A DNA stretch of 64,000 bases from Chiloscyllium plagiosum (taxonomy: Eukaryota), in NCBI RefSeq assembly GCF_004010195.1, contig NC_057726.1, forward strand, positions 21,535,283 to 21,599,282. Reading direction: 5' to 3'. Within the stretch, counting starts at the first letter, position 1. Every line of letters begins with the position of its first letter. Of this stretch, positions 13,239 to 26,235 are shown in pieces. The position numbers and the translations under genes were made by a program. The notes below the pieces were generated by a model. The model searched no databases and was not told the DNA's origin. It saw only the letters and a program-made list of their open reading frames with translations.

Positions 13239-14371
13239 TGTTACAGAAAAATTGACATTTTTCCATGAGCATAGATAAAATCTGGAAATGTGGAAGCCAA
13301 GCTTAAACCGAACTGGACTCTGCAATTTGCAAATTGCCAAGCTAGAACAGACATTATTCATGTATCCAGGCTTTAGACAAACAACTGCCTGTTGAAACCA
13401 GACAGGCCTGGAACTGCCTGGCCAGGTGCTAACTGCCGCATTGTTTCAGAACAGACTGTTATTTACACCTTTGTGAGTAATGTGACACAGATTTGGTGGC
13501 ACCCAGCTCAGGGAGAGGCCAGAGGAACAGTGTGACAAGGACAGCCCTTGCCAGTTGAAGATTCAAAACCATGTTCTGTGACAGGAGAAATCGACGTAAT
13601 ATTGATTCTCCTGCTCCTTGGATGCTGCCTGACGTACTGTGCTTTTCCAGCACCACACTCTCGACCATGTTCTGTGACATCCAAATATAGGAAGTAGCCA
13701 AGTCACTGGATCTTCATGCCCCACCTAGATTTGGTCACAGAATCTTTGAGAAGGGCACAAAGAGGAGTATAAAAGGTCCCCAGCTCACATTTCTTTAAAT
13801 GCATCTCCAGACAGCACCTTCGACTGGCAGCTGAGCTGCACAGAATCTCAGCTCCTTGGAGCTCATGATGAGCATCATCAGACTGACCAGAACCAGAGAG
13901 GTGTCCTCAGTGTGACAATACAAAGGCCAGAAACAGCCTTGGACAAGAGTGCAAGCCCAAGTTGATGACTACGGATCCTGAAACTTCAACCAATCCTCAA
14001 AGACCGAGGAACAGCCTGCCTCAACCTTACTGAATGGGTATTACTAATTCTTTTGGACAAACTGTTCAACTACAGCAGAAGGGAGTGTAGATAGGGTATT
14101 GTAAATGCTTAGAAGTACATGTCAGAAGTAGATAACTAGGGCAGATTTGTGACTGTTTGGTTGGAGATTTAAGACTGATTACCGAAGAGTAATGTGAGGA
14201 GATAATAGAGAGTTCAATTAATGTAGAAAGTAATATGTAATAAATAAAGAAATACCTACCTGTCACTTTACAACCAACTGAAAGATAACTTCCACAGATT
14301 TTCATTGCACAATTGCCCTTATATACTCATTTTGTTCTTCCTTCACTATACAAGGGCTTACTCCAGTAATT
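13239..14371 (+). mobile_element. Possible solo LTR
   Basis: Begins TGTTAC. TATAAAA at about 13768, AATAAA at about 14242, decayed GTAA end. Boundaries uncertain. Confidence 0.35.
13584..13663 (+). mobile_element. 80-bp PLE pLTR insertion with short fold-back and 16-bp TSD
   Basis: TSD accatgttctgtgaca at 13568-13583 and 13664-13679. The insert matches the pLTR gattctcctgctccttggatgctgcctgac... and is preceded by an inverted ggagaaatcgacg. Confidence 0.88.
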
Positions 14372-14929
14372 AAAATTGCTTGGTACTCTGGCATCACCCA
14401 CTTTCTTTTCTCCATATGAGTAGCCTCATTATTCTATTTCTCCCAGCTTGGAGAATAGGGCAGACTAAACTTTCTTGCTAATGTAATCAAATGTCAAACC
14501 CTACATCATAAAAATAAGCAGTTCAAAAGATTAGGCAATATGGTGGTGAATGGCACACCTTAATCATTTGATTCAGTTTGCTAAATTAAAATTCACTTTT
14601 CTCGAACAATTATATCATTTTAAAAATGAGCTTGGCTAATCTTGGCCCAATTTTGAGTGGACTAGGGATGGAAATTGCAAATAATAAACTGGCAATCTCA
14701 TTTAAAGAAATCAGTTGCGTTGGGAATGAGAAGATCATCAGTTTTATAAGGAGTTGCCACTCTAACGTGAGACTGAACTACAACACAGAAATATGGCATG
14801 CAGTTCAGCCGCTTAATGCCAGTAATTATGCACCACTCCACCTGCAACCCAACTTACTTCATCCAGGCATAAAAGAAGTTCTCTGGGAGGGGGCATGTCA
14901 AAGATCACAAAGCGTGGCTTGGGATCACC

Positions 14930-15652
14930 AGTAATGTCCAAGCTTCATGGACATAGCCGCTAACCTCATGCTACACAGTTGCCAGCTAATGACCATCTCC
15001 CCTTAACATTCAAGGCTATTACCTTGTTTAATCCCTCAACATCCTGAGGATCAATATTGACCTAAAACTGAACTGGACTAGTACGTAAAGCTACAAGAGC
15101 TGATCAGTGGCTCGGCATTCAACAGAAAGAGTAACTTACCTCCTGTTTACCATCTACAAGGCATATGTCAGGGTTGCGATGGAAAACATCCCACCTTCCT
15201 GGATGAGTGCAGAGTGAACAACAATAAGGAGACTTGATAGCATCCAAGAAAAGTGGTCCATGTGATTGGCACAAACATTCCCTCCTTTTCAACATCAATA
15301 GTCAGTCAAAAAATTGTGTACCATCTCCGACATGATACCCCCAGGTTCTTCAGACTATTCCTTCCAAACTGTGACCGTTAACATCTAGAATGAGAAATGC
15401 AGCAGGTACATGGAGATGCCACCACCTACAAGTTCACCTTCAAGTGATTTGCCATCCTGACTTGCAAATATGCCAATGTTCTTTCAGTGTCACTGGATCA
15501 AGATCCTGTAACTTCTTCCCTAACGACATTGTGGTTGCACCTGCATCAAAGGGACTGTAGAAGTTCAAGGCAGCAGCTCAGCACCAGCTTGTCAAGTGCA
15601 GGGATGGATTGACCCAGCCAGAAAAGCCCATATGCCATGAATAAATAAAAAT
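14930..15652 (+). mobile_element. Old CR1/L2-group LINE 3' fragment
   Basis: Peptide IYKAYVRVAMENIPPSWMSA (YKAQVRSVMEYSP-like). 3' end cccagccag...atgaataaataaaa. Same family as 59170-59985. Confidence 0.7.
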
Positions 15653-18600
15653 CATAGCTGAACTTTGACTCCCTTACCACCTTTCTTTCTCAAGTTTCTA
15701 CTTGGATTCCTCTTAATACACTTTGGTATTAATGCCAACGTCTTCATGATGTAAAATCTAATTCAAATTAAAGTTCCACATTCCCTACTCTTGGCTAATG
15801 ACATATTCCCTGACTTCCTAATGGAGGAGGGAGATATGAACATCTGTCATCTCTGATCATGTTAGATGGTATGGAGATCACTGGGTTGAAAAAAAATGAA
15901 CCATTTTGTTATGAATAGTGCAAACATTATCAAAATGCCTCTTCTCGAAAGAAAAGTCAACGTCAAAGTGAAGCTTCATATATTTTTGAATCTTGCCATG
16001 CAATTAGTCTACAAAAAATACATATAAAGTGAAGTTATCTCACCGAGAAGTTGTTAACTATTTAGTAATATGGTCCCTTCAGAGAATGTTTTGTTCTTCA
16101 ATAATGTGAGGTCTAATGCTGGTAGATGCAGTAAATAATTGATTAACTTGTTTGATTAAATTTAAAAGACTCCTGCTTTAATGAACACTGATTTTGCTGA
16201 CAGGTATTTTTAGACACAGCTCCAGCAGGAAATGAAATTCATTGACTTTAATTAACTTTGATTATTTCTAATTAACTACAATTAAAACAAAGATCTTTAA
16301 AAAGTGCTAAGCACAGTAGAAACATATCAATCAACATAACACTTCAAATTATTGTTTCCAAGTGGCAGGTTGCCCTTGTAGTATTGTTTGCAATCACTGG
16401 TGTGAACTGATAATTAATCTTGACATCCAGATGATTCAACTTCATTTACATAAAAATCAACTTTAGTGACCACATTAAAATGTTACAATTTCATCATTAA
16501 ATTAAAACTATTTTAATAGGTTTTGCCCAAAAGTCAAAACATTACCGCCATTCACAGTGGCTAATGAGGTGAGAAATGAACGGTTAATTGTTGCGTTTTC
16601 CTTTTGTCTCAAACATAACCATTGTGCACTGAGGCTTCAACTTCATCTTCATTGAAATTTTGAAGCACCGGTATTTTCGCAAAAATCTGCAGCATTTCTG
16701 TATTGTGATCTGGACACACTGATGACCATAGTGCCATTTGTGACCATGGGTCAAAATGGCAACACCAAACCATCCATCAACAATGAAAAGGTTAATAGAC
16801 CGCAGCAACAAGGTTCATGATACAGTAGCACAGAATCTGCCGGAGACAAACATCTTACTGTGAGCAACACGAGTTCAAATAGTTTTCCTCATCCATTAGC
16901 TCCTATTATTTTTGTGCCACAGATTGAAGCAGATGCAACTTGATAAACGCCTAACAAGATCAACCTTTGTGTATCACAAGCCCACCGGTCCAATTCCTCA
17001 AACAATGAAATGTAAAGATAGAGAAAGAAACAGAAACAATTAAATCGTAGAAGTTGATTTAGATACTGAAAGAGAAACAGTGAAGGAAAGGAAGACTGGA
17101 TTAAGAAAGAGCGAACAGTAAATGGAAAGAAGAGGTTAAACTAAATTGTAAAGTTTATAATAAAATACCACAAGGAACAATTTACTATCTACAGGAAATG
17201 TGAGTCCACAGTTTCAATTGTTCTCTTTGGGATTTCCAAGGTTGAATGGCACCGTCAGGCTATTAAGAGGAATCACACACCATGAAATAGCAACTCTGGT
17301 TTTCTACAGTGAATTTATTCTGTATTGTCAGGACAAGTCCAACAATTCTGAGGAAGTCACAGGCAGGTTCATGATAAAGTCCTATTTTGTCAGTTTAATA
17401 GTAGCGAGTTCAGCAATTTATGCCGATATGCAACTCATTTCATAAGCCAGACTATATAGACGGAGGTAAAGATTTTTCAGCATTAAAACAAAACAGCAGC
17501 AAACTTACCCAGCCCATCTCACAGCCATCAAGATGTTAATTGGCTCAATGCAGGCCTTGTCCACCCAGCTGATGAGGAAGCCCCCCCGTGCCACCAGAAA
17601 AGGTGGATGCTACCTGCTCAGCAAGGTGGTGTTCGATGACAAAGCTCATACTGTAAGGTAAATCTGCACTCTCACTAGGGCCAGGCTAGTGGACCGCAGT
17701 GAGAAGGGCAGCAGTAGATGGAGAATGCAGGGCTGGCAAGACCTTGCACAAGTCTCTGATGGGCAAAGGTTGTTAAAACAGGTGCCCTTTCCCTGATTCC
17801 CACACTTCACTCCCAATTCCACTCCCCGCTCTCATCCCCACTGCCTCCAGAAGCCACCCATCCAAGCAGTGAAACTTGCTGGGCTGCTCAAATGAAGAGG
17901 GTGTCTCCTACTGTGTTTACAATCCCAGCAGAGGTAGGAAGAGGAAGCCTTAAGCAGTCACTAACATCATTTAACAGCTCCACCTGGCCCACCAATGGGC
18001 AGGACTCCTGAGACAGCCACTTGCAATATTAAAATAAAACCATGACAGAGAAGGGCAATTTGGCACCAAGTACAGTGCCCATGAAATGGCAACCAATAAT
18101 GGTACGCCAACCTTCCACTTGCATAAGAACCTTTCAGGGGTCGAAAATCCAGCTTTACATCTCTTTCTCACCACAACACTTTAAACAAATAGTTAACAGT
18201 GGGTGCCATGAACTTATCATTATGTTTCCAGTCAATTCTGGGCCAGAGACTTCAGTTCTGCTAAGTCATAACTTCAATCCAACAGGCCATGTGTCAAATC
18301 TGCGTATTAAACTTATATTTTCGTCAACTTAATCAAATAAAATTACATTCAAGCATAACATAAGCTAGGGTGGTAGTCCATGTGATCAAATGCCTGACTC
18401 TCAGCCAGACACTTTATGTCCCAGGGTTTTCTGTCTTAATGATTGCTTGCCACCTTTAGACTGCTCCACGTTCGATGGATGAGAAACAACAGCGTCTATG
18501 CTGCAAGATTGCCTCGGGTCAGCCAATAATCATGCTAAAAGAAGAAATCCTTTGCTGAGAGAGTGATATAAAGTATTTGAACAGATGGTACGAATGGCAA

Positions 18601-20168
18601 GAAAGCAAACAAGTGTAACAATGTTCATGAGAAAGATGAGAAACAAAATGGTACTACAGCAGCTCGAGCATGACAGTGGTAAGAAAGACAACCACAGCGA
18701 GGCAACAAAATATTGCTGTGGTTCCAAGAACAAATGTAGTCACTGTGTTTCCCGATTGGAACCGTAATGCAATGTCCACTTAATGCTGTGTGGTGCTGCT
18801 TTGCTGGTACTTAAAGTGCAGCAAGAAGAATAAAGGTTTTATAAAAAATAAATTAAGATATAGAATCCTGTCTGATTTGACAGGTCTGAATCTACATTAT
18901 CCTCAGACACAGGTTAGATGTCTTTTTGATTATGAAAAGCAGAAAGACAAATGACAATTACAGTCTTCTCAACAATGAGCAAACTAAACACAGGGGGCGA
19001 AAGGAATGGTTATTTAATCACTGAAACATAAATGTTGCTCCTGTATTGATAAGAGAAAACAGGGGACTGGAATTAAAATGGAAATTGTATATTTTAAAAC
19101 AGCATCTCATGCTAATGTGCACTGGCAAATTTTCCTGTTCTTGGTACATTCTGCTCACAGAATGAAAATGAATTCCTGTGGTGATTATACTATGACATAG
19201 ACTTTATGGGCACAGGCTTTCTGGCACATGTTTCAGGGAATACTTCACTATTTTCCCACACAGCTCACACTGTGCTGTATCCTCAGATGCTAAGTTTGAT
19301 AGCCTTTCGTCAAAGCAAGAGATTTTACAAGAATAATACAAATACAGAGAAAATGGACTAGGGAGGTGGGAGAACAACAAAGTGAAGGCCTGCAATTGCC
19401 TGGAAAGCAGGATATTTTAAGTTATAAAAGAGATGATGATATGTAATAACCGAGCAAGCCAGACTGGAAAAAAAACAGCATTTATTGCTGAAAACCAAAA
19501 TAGAGCCACTACTCATTCTATAAATGGCTAGTCTCAGCCCAGGACAGAGACTTGTGCAAATTCATTTCCAGGTCTACTTTATCTTCTCTTCTAATTACCA
19601 CATACACAACAGAGCAACTTTCTCACCACCAAAATCACCGTGACTTTTTTTGTTTTCCTTTTCAAACACCAATCACCATCAGTGAAACACCTTGTGATGA
19701 TATGTGCTTTTAAGGGGGATTTGTTCTGTCCTGTTTTGTTTGAAGTGGGGAGTTGTCAATCTGGTGTTGGAGGTATCTGCTCCATAGAAAGCAGAGTAAA
19801 GACCTTTGGGATTTTTTTTTTAAATTAGACAAAAGAAGCATGAGTGAGTACAGTCAAGCTAACACAGACCCAATGTGTTAGCTTTGCTCTCAATTGTTGA
19901 CGTTGGGGTGTTTGGAATTGAAGCTGCTAGATACACCTCTCTGTCTGCTGCTGTAAAAGCTTGAGTTCTCTCTCTCTGCTGCTCAATTCATTCAGATTGG
20001 TGTTCCTCCTCCTGGACTGACTGAGATAGCAAGTGAGGGAAATCTGTTTTATTGAGTCTACCTTTGCCAAGACTGTGGTTATGGGATGCTGCTGTATTGG
20101 AACAGCTGAGGAGCAGTTGCTGAAATATATGTCATTCTGTTAAGTAGTTCAACAGAGTTATGGTTATG

Positions 20169-20303
20169 GAGGAGAAAGTGAGGTCTGCAGATGCTGGAGA
20201 TCAGAGCTGAAAATGTGTTGCTGGAAAAGCGCAGCAGGTCAGGCAGCATCCAGGGAACAGGAGAATTGACGTTTCGGGCATAAGCCCTTCTTCAGGGCAT
20301 TTT
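20169..20303 (-). mobile_element. PLE pLTR insertion with 16-bp TSD
   Basis: TSD cagagttatggttatg at 20153-20168 and 20304-20319. Same terminus as the element at 10832. Confidence 0.9.
20268..20295 (-). ncRNA. Minimal hammerhead ribozyme motif (PLE type), intact core
   Basis: Minus strand CUGAAGA-A-GGGC-UUAU-GCCC-GAAA-CG-UC, giving a GUC cleavage triplet and a palindromic ACGU stem III. The 5' strand of stem I appears lost at the truncation point. Confidence 0.7.
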
Positions 20304-20874
20304 CAGAGTTATGGTTATGCCAATTTTCTTTTTGCTTGTATTTTAACCGTGGTGTAGAATTAACAGTGTTTTGCTTAAAGCTTAGGAGCTTAACAAATCG
20401 AATCACAACTGGAATGCTGCTCCTTCCACTTGCTTTCAAATTAGATAAAAGTTAGGGTCTAGGCTATGTGCTTGATATGTTTTGAGTAGGGTTGCCTTTG
20501 TCCATAATAACCCACATAGCCAATTAAATATTTACAAGAAAAGCCCCATGGGCTGTGCAAACCATTAATAGTGAGGGAGAGATGGGAAAAGAAGGAAGGG
20601 ACTAAATCAAACTAGAGTTGGAGATGAGATAAAGCCTGCTTTATTTATTTTCAAATCAGCCTCTTCAAACATGTTATTACACTCCACATCCCAGAGGCAG
20701 TGACCCTAACACAGTGCCACAGCACCCTACCCTGGATCAGCTTTACCTTTTTAATGCACAGAAGTGTTAGCAAACACAACTGAGCAACTTTCCCACCACC
20801 AAATCACCTTGACTATTTTTTTCTAAAAGCTATTCACCACCGTTGGGTCTTCTTTTTAAAAATTTAACCTATTT

Positions 20875-20990
20875 TACTTATCAACCTGTTCAGTGATGTT
20901 ATTACACACTTCTGGAGCAGTTAGGACTTGAACTTGGCCCTCCCAGTCCAGGGGGAGGGAAATTACCACTGTACCACTAGAGGGGCCCAG
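20875..20990 (-). mobile_element. Short tRNA-derived SINE (similar copies at 49195-49300 + and 55430-55530 +)
   Basis: Minus strand tggtacagtggtaatttccc...ggttcaagtcc...ctgctccaga, with A- and B-box-like motifs. Confidence 0.6.
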
Positions 20991-21369
20991 GTCAGTTGTA
21001 TTTTTGAATTTTTTTTCTCTGCTTCCAGCACAGGTAAATACCCATTGGACTAATTGATCTTTTAATTTTTTTTGAAAATCACCCATGGTTATATTTTGTA
21101 TAGTTTTATTTTTTTAAATTGCTTTTATAGTGAGAGAAAATGAAGACATCGTTGTGAGTAGAGTTTTTTTTATTTTTAAAATTATATTTTGTTTTTATTC
21201 CACTACCAGGAAAACATCTGTGTGGCTGATTGAATATTCTCAAGCAAAGCCTGTAAAGGGCAATTCTAATATCAAAACGTGAAAGGGTTTGGAAGAGTCA
21301 CAGGGAACAGAGGGATGGGACCAAATCAAAATTAAAAGAAATACCTAAATCAGAACAGGAGAAATGTTA

Positions 21370-21710
21370 ACAACTATTGTCTTAAGAAGTGGACAGAGGA
21401 GTCAGAATCTGAAATTTTGACCTCTGTGTTGAACACAAAAAAATGTTAGGAGGCCAATCAAAAGATGAGACACTGCTCTTCAAATTGTTGCTGACCGTCA
21501 TTAGAATGGCAGAGGAGATCAAAGTCAGGAAAGTCCAAGTGGGAATGGGGCAGTGAATGAAAATAACAGGCTAACAGATGCTCAGGGTCATGCTTGCGGA
21601 CTGAACTTGCAAAGTCACTATTCAATCTATATTTAATTCCCCAATATAAAGGAGATGCATTGTGACCAATGAATACACTATATGAAATTGAAAGGAGGAT
21701 AAGCAAGTTC
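21370..21710 (-). mobile_element. Old PLE GIY-YIG endonuclease remnant
   Basis: Peptide SVRKHDPEHLLACYFHSLPHSH...QQQFEEQCLIF parallels the end of ORF 7034-7360. Confidence 0.7.
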
Positions 21711-21849
21711 CTCCATTTATTCTAATTTTTCTGTTTTCATTATGTTTTCCGAAGATGCCAGTTTGAACACTAATGCTTGCATTATTCCATTCCATTTCCT
21801 CAACTGAGAATCACCATCCTGCTGGTTAACAGCAACTGTGGCCATTACA

Positions 21850-22830
21850 TTCCCTGCACTTCTTTTTTTCTCCTGTCCTTCCCTCTCAGAGCAACCGTTG
21901 AATTTACTCCGTAACCCATCAGCCTCCAAACTCAGTAACAAACAAACTGATCTGCTCCTTCAGTGCCTATACTCTGAATGGACCATTCCCGATACAATAT
22001 TTATCTCATCCTCAACACATTTTTATGTCAGAGCAGGAGCTGCAAGATTGTTATTTTACATCTTCTCTTCCTATTGTTAAGACCTCCAAGTATTCCCCCC
22101 TTAGTATACTGCGTTTGTTTTTTGCTCTCAATTTGATCTCCTCTATATGTTGGAGACCAAATGCAGACTGGGTAATCACTTTGCTGAATACTTCCACTCA
22201 CTCCACAAGCATGACCATAACATTCTGGGTTGCTCATCAGTTTAACTCTCCATACCATTCCCACTCTGTGCCTCAGCCTTCTACACTATTCCAAACTAAT
22301 CTTAAAGATCAGAATCTCATCTTTCAATTGTACACTTCACAACTTTGTGTCCTCAACACCATATTCAACATTTTCAGGTTATGACATCTATCTATTAGTT
22401 TGTATGACAGCAATTAATGATGACTCAGTTCGGTTAAGCTGTTTGCACCTTTTCAAAATCCATCCCTTGTTTCATTAATAAAGACAGAAACTGAGGGATA
22501 TATTCAGAAACAAAACTGACATTTCCTCAACCCTAACCTCCATAGATAGTGCATGTCCTCCTGAGTATGTTCAGCGGTTTCTATTTTTGCTTCAGATTTC
22601 AGGTACCTGAAATATTTTACTTTTGTGTCTTAACTTCTCACATTACTTTTCGTTATGATTCACATTTAATCTTTTCTGTATTCCATTCAATTATAACCTC
22701 CTTTCCCTCTGGATCCACATAAAACCGGTAACTTTTTTTTAGTTCTGATGGTCATTAACTTAAAACAATAATTCTGTTTTCCTGTCCACAGATGTTGTCT
22801 AATCCATTGGGTACTTCCACCAGTTTGTGT
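21850..22830 (+). mobile_element. Old PLE remnant (GIY-YIG C-terminus and pLTR pieces), opposite orientation to the adjacent remnant
   Basis: Peptide VAHQFNSPYHSH...LKDQNLIFQL...LNTIFNIFR. pLTR-like segments at 22530-22630 and 22740-22830. Confidence 0.65.
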
Positions 22831-25026
22831 TAGATTATGCATTATGCCTTATTTTGAAATGGCATGTTATTTTCTACATTCAGTAACATATGCACACACG
22901 CAGAGTTATCGGCAAAAATAGCCAGAGTGTTTACCCAGAACTGTGAACAGCAATAAGGAGAATCTGAGGGATGGCAATCAATAAAATGACTCTTGCTGCA
23001 CTGGGACGAAAGCCGTTGTTGCTTGATAGTGATGTGACACAAGTGGCACCCTACTGTTCTAAGTGCTCCAGTTTACTTTCATGTAAATGCATGATAATTG
23101 AGTCAATAGAATCTTTTACCCTGAAAATGTTAAGCTCCTATTTGTCACTTTTATTATTCTGGGGTAGTTGGGAAATGGTATTCATGAATACATTAAGCCT
23201 ACATCTGGAGACTGTTAAAAAATATCTGCCAATGCTGTCAGATTGATGACTTGCAAGTTGTCTCTCCAATTGAGACCCAACAGGTATCACAATGAAAGGA
23301 TCCAGTGGTCATGGTATCTGTCAGATTCTTGACTTTGAATATTTCACATGTAAAAGCCGGTAATATTTTTGAAATTTTTGACAAAGTATTTGCTTCCTTG
23401 GGCAGTTCCATTCATCACCCTGGGAGACAGTAGTTTGTTGCAGCGAGGAGCTGAATGGAAGTTTGTGCAAAGCCAGGAAGCATAAAACCATACTCAGTAT
23501 GCAGAATATGTGTAGCACCTTTCCCTATCAACCTGAGTGGAGCCCCTAGGGATACAGATATAATGACAGAAAAGCTCAGGGAAGGTGGAAGGAGCCAAGA
23601 GGCCCACAAGATAGGTTGATGTGAGGGAAGATAATACAAGGCATTTCAACACATGTAATACTCACCAACAAAACATTCTTTTTTAAATGTAAAGGCTTGG
23701 TTTGGGATGAGGATGGGGAAACAAAACTGCAGGGCCTGGATTAACATACGGCATAGGGATTTTAAAAAAAACCTTCAGAGAGTAGTAATACAAGTTCCGA
23801 GAACTGCTATGTAGTTTCATCATTTAATTGATTTTTATTTCAACATCTTCTCTCTTGGTCACTCTGTTGTTAAAAGATTTCTCATTTCTTGTCAATTTGC
23901 TGCATATGTGTGTGTGAATGCATGTTTCTGTGCCTGGGTGTGTCTTTTTTTCTGTGTATCTGTGTGTCTACACGGCGGTTTGCAATTTCCCCAGAATACA
24001 AAGCCATAGCGATCTCCATTGTTTTCCAAGACAGGTTTTTTGCATAAGGCAGCCTGGTTCCTCATTAACGTACCAAAGTTACAGTTCTGTTAGTGCTCCT
24101 ATAAGATCAGGGAAAGGAGAAGTAAGCTTCACAGGCCACTCAGCCTCACCCTCAACCACCTCCACTACCCACCAATTGCTGACATTTGACCCCATCCCCA
24201 CAATCTCTCAATCATTGTCTTCAAGTGGGCACCGAATGCTTGAGCCTCTTGAAGCATCAAATGCAGGAGACGTTAACTCCTCGGACTGAGATGATGGAAG
24301 TTGTCTTGACAGGTGGGAGGCAAGTGTTGTGAGTTCCATGCTGCACCTGAGATTGCAACCACTGGAACTATATGGGGACCAAGTGTGAGAAAATTGATAA
24401 ATTCATGATGGGATGTGCGGGACGAGCCGGGGATGGAAAAGTCCCAAGATAAGCCAAGGGGAGAACTTCTTTAAAACTCAGCTCACTGCTAGGCCTCTTG
24501 TGATCAGAATGCTGACTGCAGGTTAGTGACCAAGTGGGTTAATGCTTGGTCAAGCCCATGGCTAACTAAAGGCAAATGTATCAATGACATTATAATTAGA
24601 ACACAGTTCTGTTACTGAAATTAGGCTTCCACTCCTCTAGGGTCAGAGACCTCTTGTCTGAACTCACACAACTTAAAATGGTAGGGAATGGAAAGCATCA
24701 GAAATACAACATGAATCCCAATTACCTTGACCCAACTCTTGCAGCATAACTGCACAAGCTGAATTAAAATCGGCTCAAGTATGCATCCAACTACAATCTG
24801 ACTGTTCACAGTAACTTTTCATAATCCAGATATTAGACAGACAGTTCCTCTAATAAATACCTTTGCAGTTTAAATTCAGCTAAAAATGCATGTCTTGGAT
24901 ATCAACCATTGGACCACTGTCTGCTAACCTCTTCCACTGAAGGGAATTAGTTTGCTGTGAATTTTTCATAAATAGCAGAAACTACTCCCGTTTAAAAGGA
25001 TAATAAAACTCATGGTTAGTACTTAC

Positions 25027-25176
25027 AATATACATGTCCATCTCCTCGCGGTCTAGTGAACGGGTGACAATGATTTCTCCAGATTGGTCATTGATTTTGA
25101 AAACACCCTTTGGTTCCTCCTCCACACCCTTACCATGAAGTTGAAATTTTATGCCATCTTGCCTGTCAGTTATAAC
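25027..25176 (-). CDS. cdh13: Internal coding exon of a cadherin gene, most likely T-cadherin (CDH13) exon 5 homolog (EC1 segment)
   Basis: Minus strand reads ttttccag|GTTATA...TATATT|gtaagt, with canonical acceptor and donor. 150 nt, phase 0-0, translating VITDRQDGIKFQLHGKGVEEEPKGVFKINDQSGEIIVTRSLDREEMDMYI. Contains the cadherin LDRE motif. About half identical to the human CDH13 exon-5 peptide as I recall it ([24 protein letters not shown]...VTRTLDRE), with the same exon boundaries. No neighbouring exons found, consistent with the very large CDH13 introns. Confidence 0.88.
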
Positions 25177-25749
25177 CTGGAAAATAATAATATCACACAA
25201 GGCCGGAAAATTAATAAATTTTGCATTAGAAATCGAAAAGCAACAAACCATTGATGCTCCCAGTATATAACACAATATGTAGTCTGACCTAATTTAAGAT
25301 TTCTCATTTCTACGTATTTATTTTTTTCCGTTGCAGACTTATTTGAAGATTCTTTCTAACTTGGGGTCTCTCAGTTTCCAGACTGCATTTGAATGCAGGA
25401 GAGTTTCCAGGAGGGAATCCTCAAAGGACCTAAGAATGCCGATGAGGTTTCTTGTGGACTGACAAAATGAGGTCTCCAGAATAGGAGATCATTCCCAACA
25501 TAGAGCAGAACATCTCCAAAGCTCAACAGCAGCACAACAGGAGGTCACCACTGCTGCTCTCAGTTTCTGCCCCAGGTTTGGGCCCTCAGTCATTCACACA
25601 TTTGTGCAGATGCAGAGACAGACCTGACCCTCCCAAGCTGACTGCCAGCTTTTACTGGCTAGCCAACTCTCTGTCGCCTCTGTGGAGTTGAACTAATTGT
25701 AGCCCAGGTAGGATGCGGCCCTTAAATGACTGTTTAAAAACTCACAGAG

Positions 25750-26235
25750 TGGGATGTCAAGCCGGCTCAATGGTTATCACTGCTTCCTCACAGTGCCAGT
25801 GACCAAGGTTCAAATCAAGTCTTGTTCAGTTTACGTATTCTCCCAGCGTCAAAGTGGGTTTCCATCGGATGCTCAGGTCTCCTCCCACAGTTTAAGGATG
25901 TGGTTACTTGGATTGGCTATGCTAAATTGCCTGTAGTGTCCAGGGATGTGCAGGCTAAGCAGATTAGCCATGGGAAATATGGTATTACAGGGATAGGATT
26001 GGTCTAGGTTTGGGTTGGGATGCTCTTCAAAGGGTCAAGATTAGAGTGGTGCTGGAAAAGTACAGCAGGTCAGGCAGCATCCGAGGAGCATGAAAATCAA
26101 CATTTCGGGCAAAAGCCCTTCATTAGGAATGGAGGCAGGGAGCCTCCAGGGTGGAGAGATAAAATGCTCTTCAAAGGGTTGATGCAGATTCAATGGGCCA
26201 ATGCCCTCTTTCTGCACTGTAGGTATTCTATGTTT
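25750..26235 (+). mobile_element. HE1-type SINE (old), split by a PLE insertion
   Basis: ggctcaatggttatcactgc...ggttcaaatc...gattggctatgctaaattgcc...aatgggccaatgccctctttctgcactgtag. Confidence 0.8.
26036..26163 (-). mobile_element. PLE pLTR insertion with 16-bp TSD and decayed hammerhead
   Basis: TSD atgctcttcaaagggt at 26020-26035 and 26164-26179. Minus strand reads CTAATGA-A-GGGC-TTTT-GCCC-GAAA-TG-TT. Confidence 0.88.

Larger units (their letters stand above)
19693..20509 (-). mobile_element. Solo LTR, interrupted by a PLE insertion
   Basis: TGTGATG...CATAATA termini (TG...CA decayed). Flanks acct/accc match 3 of 4 for a TSD. Architecture similar to 42055-42691. Confidence 0.55.

Noticed and set aside
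24982-25275. 97-aa ORF as a standalone gene
   Set aside because: Only 25027-25176 is cadherin-like and bounded by splice sites. The rest is intron read-through.
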